The notes beneath the pieces are model-generated. The model worked only from the letters and a program-made list of their open reading frames with translations. It made no database searches and was not told the DNA's origin. A stretch of 64,000 nt of DNA from Zootoca vivipara (lineage: Eukaryota), in contig NC_083289.1 of NCBI RefSeq assembly GCF_963506605.1, positions 34,782,001 through 34,846,000 on the forward strand, read 5' to 3'. Shown one piece after another: positions 12,101 to 25,600 of the stretch; within the stretch, counting starts at the first letter, position 1, and every line of letters starts with the position of its first letter. Made by a program: the position numbers and the translations under genes.

Positions 12101-15100
12101 CACCCATAAGGATTTCCCTTGATTTCCCTGTACTCTGATAATTTTCAAGTGCAATTTCTGATGAGGAATGTTAAAAAAAATGCAGAGGGAATTTTTGGTG
12201 CAGAACTGTCTGCATGCTGGTGTAGATGAGTGTCCAGCCTTCATTTCCCAGGCTTGGTGGACTACAACTTCCATCAGCCCCAGCCAGCTTAGCCAATGGT
12301 CAGGGATGATGGGAGGTGTAGTGCAACAACATCTGGAGATCCAAGGCTGCAGGACATTGGGCTAAACAGGCTGATGGGTTGACTCTATATAAGGCAGCCT
12401 CCTGTGCTTCTATGCTCTTGGCCTCCTTTGTTTGCCAGGAGTTTGGAGGAAAGACTGGAACCTCCCACTTTTCTTTTACCACTAGGAAATATTGAACAGC
12501 AAGGGCTTCGGCACTGACTTGCCATCAGTCAACGGTCAGGTGGAGGAGCACAACATCTTCCATAATGAAGTGATGGCTATAGGACCGCACATCAGCAAGG
12601 AAGGTGACAAGGTACCATGTGCTTCTAATGCCTGCTTTGCAGTTCTTTGGCAGGCGGGAGGAGGAGGGAAGGGGACAGAATTGGTTTTGTGCAGTTCCTG
12701 TGCCTTTAACCAGGGACAGGAGAAATCCAACTGGTGTAGCTTCCCCCCCCCCCCGTCACAGGGGCTCCGATGATGAGGAAAGCTGAATCTGTTGGATTTC
12801 TGCCTGATGTACCCCAGCTAAAGGTTCAGGAGCTTCAGGGATCTCTCAAAAAGTGATTCAAACACAGTTCAAGGGCCAACACCACCTTGTGTAGCGGGTT
12901 TGAGTAAGTGTTGCAGATGTTACTTTGTCCTACCTAACTCTAGCTCCTCTCCTTTCTCCTCCACAGCCCTACATAGTCTTTAAATGAGAGACTCTGTAAG
13001 CTTTACTCTTTGAATGAGAGAGGTTATTTGTTGGGGCTGCCACCGCGAGGGGCTGTCCATTTGGGGCTTTTCAGTGGTGGTTCCCCATTTATGGAATGCC
13101 TTCCCTAGTGAGGTGTGTCTATCTCACTATTATTAATTTTCAGGAGGTATTTGAAAACATTTGAATTTACTGTTTACTGAATCTATTTTTTATAATGTTT
13201 TAACTATTTTAGAATGCTTAAGAAAAAGCTTATGCGCTGGCTGCTCTGGGCTCTTTCGGGAGGAAGGGTGGATACAAATCCAATAAATAAATACGCAACA
13301 AAACAGATAAACACACCAAGACCATGTGTTGTAGTGGTTAGAGAACCAGACGAGAGAGGAGAGGATTCCCTTGGTATAGGATCACTGGAGGAAGGATAGT
13401 ATAAAAATCTAATACACAAATCGGGGTAGGTAACCCCCAGCACAAAAGCTTCATCTGCTCCCCTCCATCGTTTTCCACCCCTGCCCTTCCCAAAGACTCA
13501 CTGATTTTGGCAAAAAGGAAAAGAAATGAATTAGACAGAACCCAGTACCCTCTTGGGGGATGCAAATCACCTCCTCCCCAGTGATCGATTCATTTGATTA
13601 AAAGTAGCATGCACACAGCAAGTGTGTTTCCTGTGGGAAGTGTGGTACCACCCTCTGTTGGGGGCCTTGTCTTTTGTTCATCATCTCTTTGTTTGTTTCC
13701 AGGAATATATGAGTGGGCTCCAGGTGAAATATCAGAAACTGCTGGTAAGACCTTGTTCTTTTTATTTCCCGTCCTCAAAAGATCAGGGACTAACTGGTAC
13801 ACCCAAGCAGTTCAGAGGTGATGTGAGGAGACTCTTGGGTCCCGTTCATACCATATACAATGTGTATTTAGTGTACACAGCTTCCCCCAGAGAATCATGA
13901 GAACTTTGGTTTGTTAAGAGTGCTGGGAACTGTAGCTCTGTGAGGGGTGCAAACTACAGTTCCTGGGACTTTTTGGAGGAAGCCATATGATTTACATGTC
14001 TGTTGCATGTATGGTGTGACTGAGACCTTGGTTGGCATGCTATGTATGCCCCGTCTGAATTAAGACAGCGCTGAGGAGGATAGCTGCATAGTCTTTCCAT
14101 AGTTCAAAACGTACTCAAGGTGACTTACAACATGGGGAAAAAATTACATGATTATAAACATAACAAAAGTACTCATAAATAATAAAACATCGAAAAGTAC
14201 ACAACCAAATTAAAAATGTCCACATAAATCATAATAAGATAAAGAAATAAAGATGCACAAAATAATATCAATAACAATCCACCCAACAAGACCCCCCTAA
14301 ACTGTGTCCCAGAGCATGAAGCCTTGATCAGTGCCAATAAGTATTTAAGGGCCCTTTGAGTCATACCCTGAGTGTGCTCTCTGTTGTTCCTTACTTTGAC
14401 CAGAGCTTGGTCAAAGTGCAAAAAGATACTTTACACTGCTATTCCTTCCTTGCCCCTCCCGTTCCCAACTCAATGTGGTCTAGAACAGGCATGTCAAACC
14501 TGCGGCCCTCCAGATGTTTTGGACTACAATTCCCATCTTCCCCAACCACTGGTCCTGCTAGCTAGGGATCATGGGAGTTGTAGGCCAAAACATCTGGAGG
14601 GCCGCAGGTTTGACATGCCTGGTCTAGAATCTTGACACCAGGAGACAGGAGTGCACAAGTTATGTATTTCACAGTAGACTTAGCCCTCTCTCGAGTTGCT
14701 CTCTGTGACTTCCAATCTCCAAGCCTTGACGGTTGGCAAAACTCCCTCTCTGCTTGCAGTCAGGATCCCAACAGAGGCAGCAGGATTTGAACTCACTCCA
14801 GGATTACATGCAGCGCTGCACCAACAAGCTCTACTGGCTAGATCAGCAGGCTAAAGACAGGATGCAGTTTGACTGGAGCGACCGTAACCTCGACTACCCA
14901 AGCCGCCGGCGCCAGTACGAGGTACATTTTCTCCCCAGAGCTTACCCCCCCTCAGGAGGCAGTTTGACTTTGAGATCTGTGTGGAAAATGCATTCTGGAA
15001 TTTGGATCTGAATTATTCAGCCTGAATCGAAGCTGAAGGGCAGAAATATATTAAAGGAGGTGGTAATCATCGTGAATTCCAGTGTGAACTAATCTGATCT

Positions 15101-18100
15101 GTACATCTTAAGACATCACAGGCCCTTTGTATGCACTATACTTTCAAAGCACATCCGAAGCCCATTTCCCCCCCTCACAGAAGTCTCGGCCCTGTAGTTT
15201 GTTAAGGGTTGCTGAGAATTGTAAATATGTGAAGGGTAAACTCAGTACTCAGAATCCTTTGAGAAAGAATGTGTTTCGCATATGTTTTAGAGGTAGTGTG
15301 TACACAGGTGGTGATATTCTTGTTGCTAATTACACTGCATAATTTTAGACTGTAAACTGCTCAGGATTGAGACCTGCCTTTGCTACTCTGGTATGTATCC
15401 AACTACGTGATTTTCAGACTAGAGCCATTTCCTTCAGTGGGTCTACTCTGGCTATGACTGTTAGATACAACCCTCTTTAAGTGTTACATACACTGGGTGA
15501 TAGCCAACTAAGCCGTCCTCAGAGCAGATCCATAAATTTCAATGGGTCTCTTCTCAATATGACGAACATCGGCTATCCCCCATGTCAGGGGGACTCTCTA
15601 GAGGGAGCCTCCCCCCCTGGTCATCCTGACCAGCACTTCGCCCAGCGACAGCACGAGCAGCAAGTTAAGAGGAGGGAATGAGGAATGGAGCGGAATGGAG
15701 AGAGGGCTCAGTGAGGCATCTGAGCCCTGGCAACGCTATGGGGAACAGAGCGTGGAGGAGGGGCTCAGAGATGTGTCAGAGCCTTGGCACCACTCTGGTC
15801 GGGGGTCAGCGGAGGAGAGGCTCAGCGAGACGTCGGAGCCCAGGCACCACCCTAGCCAGCAAGAGGGGAGAACTTTCTTTCCGGTAGGGCGAAGGGGTGG
15901 CGTTTCGGGGTGCCCAGGCTTTTATGCTGGCCAAAAAGCAGACAGAAGCCATTGCCGGGTTCTGAATCGGACAAGGTGGTCATGTTTTCTGCTATCTCTG
16001 CACTGTAAATAGTATGCACAATAAAACTCTTAAAGACAGAGCGGACTGGAGTGTCGTTACTCGAGAGTAGCCGCAACAACCCCCTGACAGCCTATATTTA
16101 TTTATACATTCAATTAAGGAAAATAAACCTGGCAAGGAGACAGAAGAGGTAACCTGTGAAGAGAAACTTTGTAAACTCCAACGACCTCGATCCAACCAAA
16201 TGCCCTGTGTGGAATGTGGTTGAAACCAATGTTTCCTTCACCTGCTGTGAGTCACGGCAATAGTGTTAGTAGAAAATTCAGAAGTGTTGTTCCCTTCATG
16301 ATAGTCACAGCCACACCCCTTCTAAGACTATGCAATAATAACAACCAAGGATGCATTGCAACCATCGGTGCAGATCTCCATGTGTTGCCTTTCACCTGCA
16401 TCTAATAATTCCCTGTGCCTGTACATGGGGAAATGATTTGGACTGCTCCAATATCTGTGTTTTCCTTGAAGTTCCATTGTACACAAGAGAACTTGCACAC
16501 CAGTCTCTTGAAACTGAAGCCCCTTGTGTCTTCAGTGTTCCTCCAAGAGCTTAGTGCTGGAGCATTTAGCAGCTGAAAAGCTCCGCTTTCATGCTGGGTG
16601 GTTCTAAGCATGCTAGGGACAGGGGCCCTGCTGCGGAAATAGTAATGGGTGCTGGATCCCCCTGGACCACTCTGCCACCGGGTTGTGGACCGCCCAGACT
16701 TAAGATGGTAAAGTCTCTGCTTGCTTGCTTCTCCCTTTAGAATTTCATCAACCGGAATTTGGAAGAAAAAGAGGGAGCGATCAACAAGCTGCACGAGGAC
16801 GGCAATAAGCTACTGGCCGAAACTCACCCTGGGAAGATCCCCATTGAGGCGAGTTTGGCTGCTGCCATGCACATGAGGTCCTTTCTCCACCCCCAGCTGG
16901 TACCCTATCAGAGGCTCTCTTGGTCCCCGAGAGGTGCCTCCCGAGAGGTGCCTCCCCCCCCTGCCCTTCTGTGACCTACTAATCATTACCTGCTATCCTC
17001 TTGCTTGCAGGCTCACATCGAGGCAGTCCACGCTGACTGGAAGGAGTACCTCAACCTGCTTATCTGCGAGGAGAGCCACCTCAAGTTCATGGAGGACTAT
17101 CACCAGGTACCTTGCCATTGAGGACACTTAGAAGGAGGGGCTGTCAGAAAATGCCGCAGTGTATCTTTGCCCTCTAGCAAGATTGCTCCCATTTGGGATC
17201 TCAACCAATCCAACTTCCTTCAGGATACTGTATACCTCAACTGGAGTTGGTCATACTCAGAGAAGCCCTATTAGAATTTATGACTACTTTAGGTCCATTC
17301 ATTTCAGTGGGCTTATACGCAGCTAAGTTTTACTTGGAGTAGACCCATGGAAGGACCCGAGTCAGTCATGCCCATTAATTTCAGTGGGATTGCGGAGTGG
17401 AACTTGCATTGAATCCAACACAGTGGATCTACTCCAGACAGAATCCCTACTGTTGTGCCCCCTTGTGCTTTACCTGGTACCTGCGAAGACCCCATTTTGA
17501 GGGGCCCAGTTGTCTTTTCTTTTACCTTTTGGCAGTGGCTGGCTTGAGTCCGGTTGACTTAAATGATTTAAACCAGGAAGGAAAAAAATGCCAAGGGGGG
17601 GGGGGGGGTGAAGGGTGATTGTGGTTGTCTCCTGAAATTTGCTCATATTTCTAGATGTGACCACTGCTCCTCCAAAAAGGTTGGGCACCGCTTCTGTGAA
17701 CTGTCCCCTTGCTCAGTTTTCTGTTTTTCTTTTCCAGCTGATATTCAACATTCCATAACCCCTGGTGATCACTGAGCATGCTCAGTCCTCGGGTGTTTGG
17801 GTTGTTTTTTTTTAAGAGGAGGGAGGGATTTCCCCCACCTTACTTTTTGGGAGGGGGGAGGGTATTTCTACATTCCTTGAGATTTCCCCAAGCATGCTCC
17901 ATTGTGTCTGTTTCCACCAGCATGGCAGCACTAAGGGAGCGATGAGATGGGCGGCCGTAAATGGAACAATTAGTGGCAGTGTTGGAGGCCCAGAGGCCTG
18001 GTTGTCCCATAGAGCAGCTGTGGGCAGATTTCAGCCTTGAAGGATCTACTTCGTTTTCAACCCTGAGATCCACCGCCCAGGGCCTGGTGCAAAGGGCACA

Positions 18101-21100
18101 CACTTCTGAGCCCAGGGATTTGTTCTGAGCAAGTGAGTCAGATGTTGCCATTTGCAGAGAAGGACAGCAGGGAGGTGGCTTTTCTGATAATCAAACAGCA
18201 AGCTGTCCTGCCAGACAGTTTGTCTAGCACGGCTTCGTGTTAAGCAAGCAGGTACCCAAGTTGGGTGCTGCAATGCTTGCTTGTATGGGAAACAGCCAAA
18301 GGAGTTGGTGAGAAAACAATCTTGCCCGACCTGTTTTACCCGCCCCCCCCTCGTCACTCTTTCCTGAACCTCTTTGCTGTCAGGTGTTACCGATCAAGCA
18401 GGCATCTGCCTTCTGCAGGTGGCTCAGAAAAGCAGAGGCTCCCAGATTCTGTGCTCTGATTGTCCTCGGGGCAAAGGCAGGCATGTCTCTTTGCTTGGAG
18501 AATTCCCTAGTTAGCAGGTACTGTAATATTTTGCTGCCCTCCTTCATTCTTCTCTTTTCGACTGTAGATAGTAGTAGTACTTTTTGACTACTTGAATTTT
18601 AGGCAAGAGGCCCACACACATTTTAGGCAAGAGGCCCTATACAGGCTCCCGCTTTTGTCTTTAGGGTGTGAGAGACTACAGTATAGCATAGTGGCAGAGC
18701 AGGAAAAAGGTCCCAGGTTTAATCCCCACCTTCTGCAGGTAGGGGTGGGATAGAACTCTGCCCAAAATCCTGGAGAGCTGCTGCAGGTCAGTGTAGGCAA
18801 TACTGAGCCAGACAAGACAGCTTCCTTTCTCTTATGTTCCTATCTGACCAGATGAAAGGGACAACAGTCTCTTTTAATAGTTGCACTGAAGGGGGGATTG
18901 GGATAGAAGATGATGCTTTTCACAGAGGTGGGAGAAAAGCTTGTCCTCTTTTGCAGGTTGTAACCCACTTCCTGTTTTTTTAAAATACATAAATCCCCAA
19001 ACCCTAAAAGAAACATAGCACATAGTTTGCATTTTAATTCACAGTTCCTGAATACACAAACTGAATTTCCTTCAATGTTGCAGTTCTCTGAATTCTGCAG
19101 TGTGGTTCCTACCGACCAGTGTGCTCAAAAATGCATAGATTACGGAAAGGTGTGCATAAAACTGCATCTGTTAGAGAAATAACAAATGCAGAAATGCATT
19201 ATATTGGAGAAATTGCCTTGCAAAAATATGTACATTTGCCAAAATTACATATGGAAATGTGTTGATTAGGAAAATTTCCCACTAAAATGCTCACAAATTC
19301 TCAAAGGTGTTTTTTTAAAAAAATCACAAATAGTTGCAGAAATCCAGAGCACTAAATTTAAGGTTGGAAAAAAGAGATAGAGGACCAAAATTGATAGATT
19401 GAGCCATCCCTGAATCTATCTTGTTTAAGATAGGGTTTGGAACCAACTCCCATAAGCCCCAGCTAGCATGGTGAATGGTCAGGGAAGACATGAGGTGTAA
19501 TCCAGCAATATCTGGAGGACCACAGGCTCCCATCCCTGATGTGGAAGAGAGAATAGTATTTCATTTTTCTAGAACCCCCCATCCCAGGGCCTGTAGCTGG
19601 AGCTTCTCCTTCTCCTCCACTCTACCAACAAGTGAGTTTTTGCCTTGCAGGGAGAGGGGGAGGGGAAAGTACCCACACCCCTTTGTGACAGTCATGTTGT
19701 GAGGGTGCAGTGCATTGTTTTTCTGTCTCAAAGGGGGATCCTTTGACTTTTTTGAGTTGCTTCCCACCCCAAACAGTTCCAAAAAGATGCTAAGGATGCC
19801 CAGGACCTTCTCAGGAAAGTGGACACAGACCTGGACCAGAAATACAGCCCGGATTTCAAGGATCGATACCAGATTGAATCTTTGCTGAGGGAGCTGGAGG
19901 CAAGTATTGAGTGTGAGAGTGGACTGCAGCTGCGCATCACACTGAGCTATGGCCCTGCCCCTCTGCTTTTGGCCAGCACAGCTTTGTCCATATCCCATTG
20001 TCTGCCTTGATCATCTCTTCCCTGGTGCATCAACATTTTGCCTTGTCTTCACCAGGACCAGGAGAAGGCCTTGGACAAGTATGACGATGTGGTGAAGTCC
20101 CTGCAGAAGCGCAGCCAGCAAGTGCTCCCTCTGAAGTTCCGCCGGGAGACCCCGCTTAAGCCCATCCCGGTGGAAGCGCTTTGTGACTACGAAAGTGAGC
20201 GGGTAAGAAGCCATGTGGCCCCTTCTGCTCATCACAGGATGGTGCAACGGGCAAAAGGTCCAGGTGGGGCAGGGGATATATTTACTTGGGTACACATTTG
20301 AATGAGGCCATACCTAGGTTGCATTTCTTGAAACAATTGTCCAACCAAAATTTCGGTATCCTTTGAAATTCAGACTTCTCTGAATTTTGCAATGCAGTTC
20401 TCTAACCAAAATGTGTCGATTGGGGAAAATCTTCCAGTATGGTATTGAGACTGCTGCTAAAACGCGCGGGGGGGGGAGCTCCATTTTAGCAGCATTTTCA
20501 ATGGAAATTGCTCGATACTATTGGAACAAAGTGGGCTTTCCTTCCAACTGTTGTTCATGGGGGAGACGATCCTTGCTCCAGCAAAGGAACAGCCAGAAGC
20601 TCACTTTAAGTCCCTGGTTGTTTATTTGAAGCCACATCAACATCTACCTGAAGTTATAAGTCTGGTGTGGAGCAGGTGGACCTGGCCAAATGAGGAGGTC
20701 TTGTGGGCCATATTTGGTCTACAGGCTGAAGGTTCCCAACCTTTGAACCTGCCCTTTCATCTGTAGAGCCAAGTTTTGTTTCCTCTGACTGCCAGTGTTT
20801 GTCTGGTCTCAGGGAGAGGTCTTTCCAACCCCTGGTTAAAAGACCTCTTTTTAACCAGTGGTACCAGGGCTCCGGGGCAAAGCTCCTGGGACTACTGGGG
20901 GTGGGAGAAATATTACGAGTGCTTATCCTGAAGAAGTGTGCATGCACACGAAAGCTCATACCAATGACAAACTTAGTTGGTCTCTAAGGTGCTACTGGAA
21001 GGAATTTTTTCATTTTGTTTCTTTCTACCCCAGTGCCAGATCTCTCGTGGAGCCAGATACACCCTGCAAAAGAACAGTGGTGACATCTGGGAAGTTACCG

Positions 21101-22598
21101 ACAGCGCAGGAAATGCAATCAGCGCCCCTGGTGTCTGCTTCATGATCCCCCCAACAGATCCTGAATCGCTGGCTCACGCGGACAAGTAAGTTCCCCCCCC
21201 CCGATCCAGATTCTGTTGACACGAACCAGCCATTTGATGGATTAGGAAGATGTTACTGTCTGTCATTGGTCTGTTTTGCTTATTTGTTTTGCAGCTTATT
21301 GCTGGGTTTTTATTGTAATCCAGTGTTCGATCTTTCCTCCACATGCCATGCTTCATATTTTTAATTATTTTAAGAGACTCCTTCTATGTCAAGTGACTCA
21401 TAAATTGTATTAATAGTAGCAGTAATAATGCCAGCGCCGAGCAGTCCTGGTGGCTTCTTTGGTGGTCCAGACAGAGGCCTCCCTTTTGTCTATTTCCGCA
21501 TTCATTTTAAGCATGAAAGTGCTTTTTATTCCCCACTATTTGCCCAATTGGCTCAATCTCTTCTTGTCCCACAGCATCACCGGTCAGTATCAGAGCGTGA
21601 AACAGAAGATAGCTGGCACCAAGGGGCTTCTGCAGCAGCGATATGATGGGCTGAAGGCAGACAGCCTTGGAGGTGGGTGTCCCACACCATGCCTGGGGGG
21701 GGGTGCTTGAGTCCCACATTTAAAATGGAAGGGCCATTAGCTCCTCACAAATTCAGCAGCTATGCATACTCGGCACCAAAAAATGCTGCAATTCTGGAAA
21801 CCTGAATAAGAATTCTGTGATCTGTTTAGATTACGCAAATGTATGTGCAGAGATCTCTTTATTAATATGGTTGTGTGGAGGGTCATAGTTGAGTAGTAGA
21901 ATCTGCGCTTTCCATGCAGAAGATACATTTTGGTGTGATTTGGGGAAAATGTGAATTCAGTATGGCTGCATCTTATGTGGGGGTTCAGTTCCAAGGGTTC
22001 TGCGTATACACAAAAGCGCTTAGAGTCAAACCACCCCCCACGTGAGCACCCTTACTTTTCCGGAGCTGGCTTGGTGAGCAGGCCTTGCCCAATAAGCAAG
22101 GCAGAGAGTTTAAAAGTGCACACTGTGTGCCTTTAATTGGCACAATTTCAACCAGCTGGCCTTCAGCCATGTGAGGCTGAAATCGCACGAGTTAAATGTG
22201 GGTAAGATGGGATTGTACTGTACCGCTTTGAAATTTGTTAGAAAAGTGACATCACAATGTTTTAAATAGACATCTCAGCCTCCTTATTAGCACAACCTAT
22301 GAGAAGGCCCCTTGTCGGGATAGTCTGAGGGGCTCAGCCGCTATTTCTCCACTTCTCCCAGCAAATGCACTTGCTGACCAGGGATCCAGACGTAAAACCT
22401 TCTGCTCCACCTGCTGTTATTTTTTATTTTGCCTCAGATGCAGCATCAGTCCAGGGGCGACAGCTGCTGGCGGGGCTGGAGAAAGTGAACAGTGAGTTGG
22501 AGAAGCAAGAGAAGGCCATCACTGCAAACCTGCGGCCGCCGCTAGAGCAAAGCCGGGCAGTGCAGGACAGCGCGGAGCGATCCAAGGAACTTAAGGTA

Positions 22599-22679
<81 letters not shown>

Positions 22680-25600
22680 CATGCTATTCTGCTCCATATA
22701 ATTACACTGCAGTGCAGTGAGTTGATAGAATGGTAATTGGTTGATCATACCATTGTAAATTACAGGTAAGGGGGATATCATTGTTGAATGCAGATAGAAA
22801 CCTGCCCTTAAGGTAGGAACGTGGCATGGGAGGAAGAGGTGCTGCCTTCATTCCCACAAGATGCAGTGATTGCCACCAACATGGACAGCTTTTAAAGAGG
22901 GTTAGACAAATTCATGGGGGAAGACAAAGCCATGTTCTCCTTCCACTGTCAGAGGGAGTATGACTATGAATACCAGTGAATTGCAAGGGGGAAAGAGTGC
23001 TATTGCACTCAGGTCCTGCTTGTCGGCTTCCCAAAGACAGCTGGTTGTTCACGGTGGGAACAGGATGCTGGATCGAAGACTTTATAGAATCTTTATTCTC
23101 AATAGTGATGAAACTCGCAGGTGGAGAAAACAGTAAACCTGCATCTTACATGCATTTGACTTGCACGATTTCAACCATACATGGCTGAAAAAGCAGGCTA
23201 GTGAAGGATGAAAGGCTGTTGGGAAAGGGCTGCTTGACCTTTGGCTTGTGAAAGATCTTGTAGGAAATCCTTGCCACTGCACAAAAATGCTGAAGAGTTT
23301 TCATGAGAATTTCTTTTTTAATCTCAAATTACTGCCGAAATGTGGGGAACTGTATTTAATATTTAAAAAGAGAGAAATTGAGTGAACTCAAACTGAGTTC
23401 CTCCCATCCCTAATATTGAGCCGGGCAGGGTGCTATGAGTTGTGTCCAGAGTTATGGACCCATCTACTACTCTGCAGCCCAGGAGGATTCTGGCTCAAGA
23501 CCTCAGCAGCTCCGGGCACAGACAGCAGAGGGGCATTGCCATGCTCGCTTGCTCATCTGCTGCCCACCTCTCTCCCCTTTGCAGAACATCACCAATGAGG
23601 TCCGGCGTATCGAACCCGAGAAAGCACGCAGGATCCAGGAGTGTGAAACCTTCATAGAGTCCGTGCCAGACACAGGAAGTGCCTCCCTGCTAAAGAACAA
23701 GGCAGAAGAGACAAACAACAAATACAACCATGTCATCCAGCTGCTTGGCGCCGCTCAGGAGAAGTAGGTGTCTGTACAGAAATTTCACCACCTGCTCTTG
23801 ATCTTTGGGTCCTTTTGGTAGCTTGGCTCACCTGTTTGAGCTCTTTGTAAGCACCTCCATATGGTGCACCTGCTTTTGGAGGGTGAGCTGCAGCTCAGTA
23901 GTAGAATACCTGCTCCACATGCAACTTGTATAAATCATGAAAAGGAAATTAGCATATTTTTTATTTTTGCATAATTTATTCTGGCTTTGCTGGTCATGGG
24001 GGACGGCCCACCCTACCCATTAAAAATCTTTTTCAGCCATCTCTCTGGCTGCTGAGGCAATATCCGCAATAGCTTACAAACAATGCTTTGCAACCATGAA
24101 CACTAGACAAAAGGCAAGATTTTCCAGATGCCAACTCCTTTGCCTAATACCACACACTGCAGATATTCTGGGCTCCTGCGAAATCATAGCATCCATCCAT
24201 GTGCACAGAAGCCCGTCTGCTTCTTCTGCCTGAAGGGGTATTCATGTCTGTAAAGCTGTGTTTATTTGAAGAGCTGCTTTTGTCTGTCTTGTGCAGAGTG
24301 GATGTTGCCAATCGCCTTGAGAAGAGTCTGCAACAAGGGAGGGACCTGATTTCTGGCTATGAGAACAAGTTGGCCATTGAGGACACTATTCCAGAGGACA
24401 CAGGTGCTCTGGAGCGCAAGAGAGAAGAGCTGCTGGTGAGTCCTCGCTTTCAGTGGGGCTTTCAAAACAATGGCAGTGCTGCTAAATGGCCCAAATGTAT
24501 CCGGACAGTCACCAGTCAGTATGGTTTCTGAGGTCATCCTATTGCCCCATCTCTGGCTGAAGGGAGAGGGGGTCCACTTCAGCTGTGATAAGAGATGGAG
24601 GAGGAATCCACCTGGCTCAGATTCTAAATTGGATTCACCTGATCCAATCTGGGTGGAATCATGACCTGAACTGGATCACTGGTCTGCTTCAGAATCCACA
24701 ATCCAGTGGGTTCCAGCCTGCGGGTTTAAAACACAGTCAAAAGTAGGACTCGTAGGGTTGCACACTGCCTCTGTTCCCCTTTCTTTCTTTTTTCTTTAAA
24801 CTAGGGCTGGGGGACTAACGGCCCTCCAGATATTTCTGAACTACAGCAAGCTAGGCCAATGGCGAGGGATGATGGGAATTGTAGTTCAGCAACATCTGGA
24901 GGGCCATAGGTGCCACACATTTGCTTAAAACACTCTGAAATAACACTATCCAGTCACACACAGGCTGAGTGGCTAGCCCATGGCGTTCCTTGCTATCATG
25001 TACCTTCAGTGAACATAGAGCGAGTCCCCCCAACCCCAACAGGGCTTGATGAAATCCCATCACTCCCAAGGGGACTTAAATAGGGGAAATATGGCTGCTG
25101 AGAGAGCCAGTGTGGTGTAGTGGTTAAGAGCGGTAGAATCATAATCTGGGGAACAGGGTTCGCGTCTCTGCTCCTCCGCATGCAGCTGCTGGGTGACCTT
25201 GGGCTAGTCACACTTCTCTGAAGTCTCTCAGCCCCACCCACCTCACAGGGTGTCTGTTGTGGGGGGAGGAAGGGAAAGGAGAATGTTAGCCGCTTTGAGA
25301 CTCCTTCGGGTAGTGATAAAGCGGGATATCAAATCCAAACTCTTCTTCTTCTGCTGCTGCCAGGGTTACTTAGTCCTGTCCCCTCAAAGAATTGGGACTG
25401 CCAGGACATAAAATCCATACAACTAAAACCTCTTTTCCTGCTTTTAAATGGGCTCCGAAGACTCCACCCCCCACTTTAAACCTGGTGGGTGTTTTTTACA
25501 TAGAACTTGGGATGACACCAGGCCATTTGCTGGCTCCTGGCATATTTGTATGATGCTGCTTTCTTGCTTTTTGTCTTTTGTTTTATTAGGCTTGTATTTT

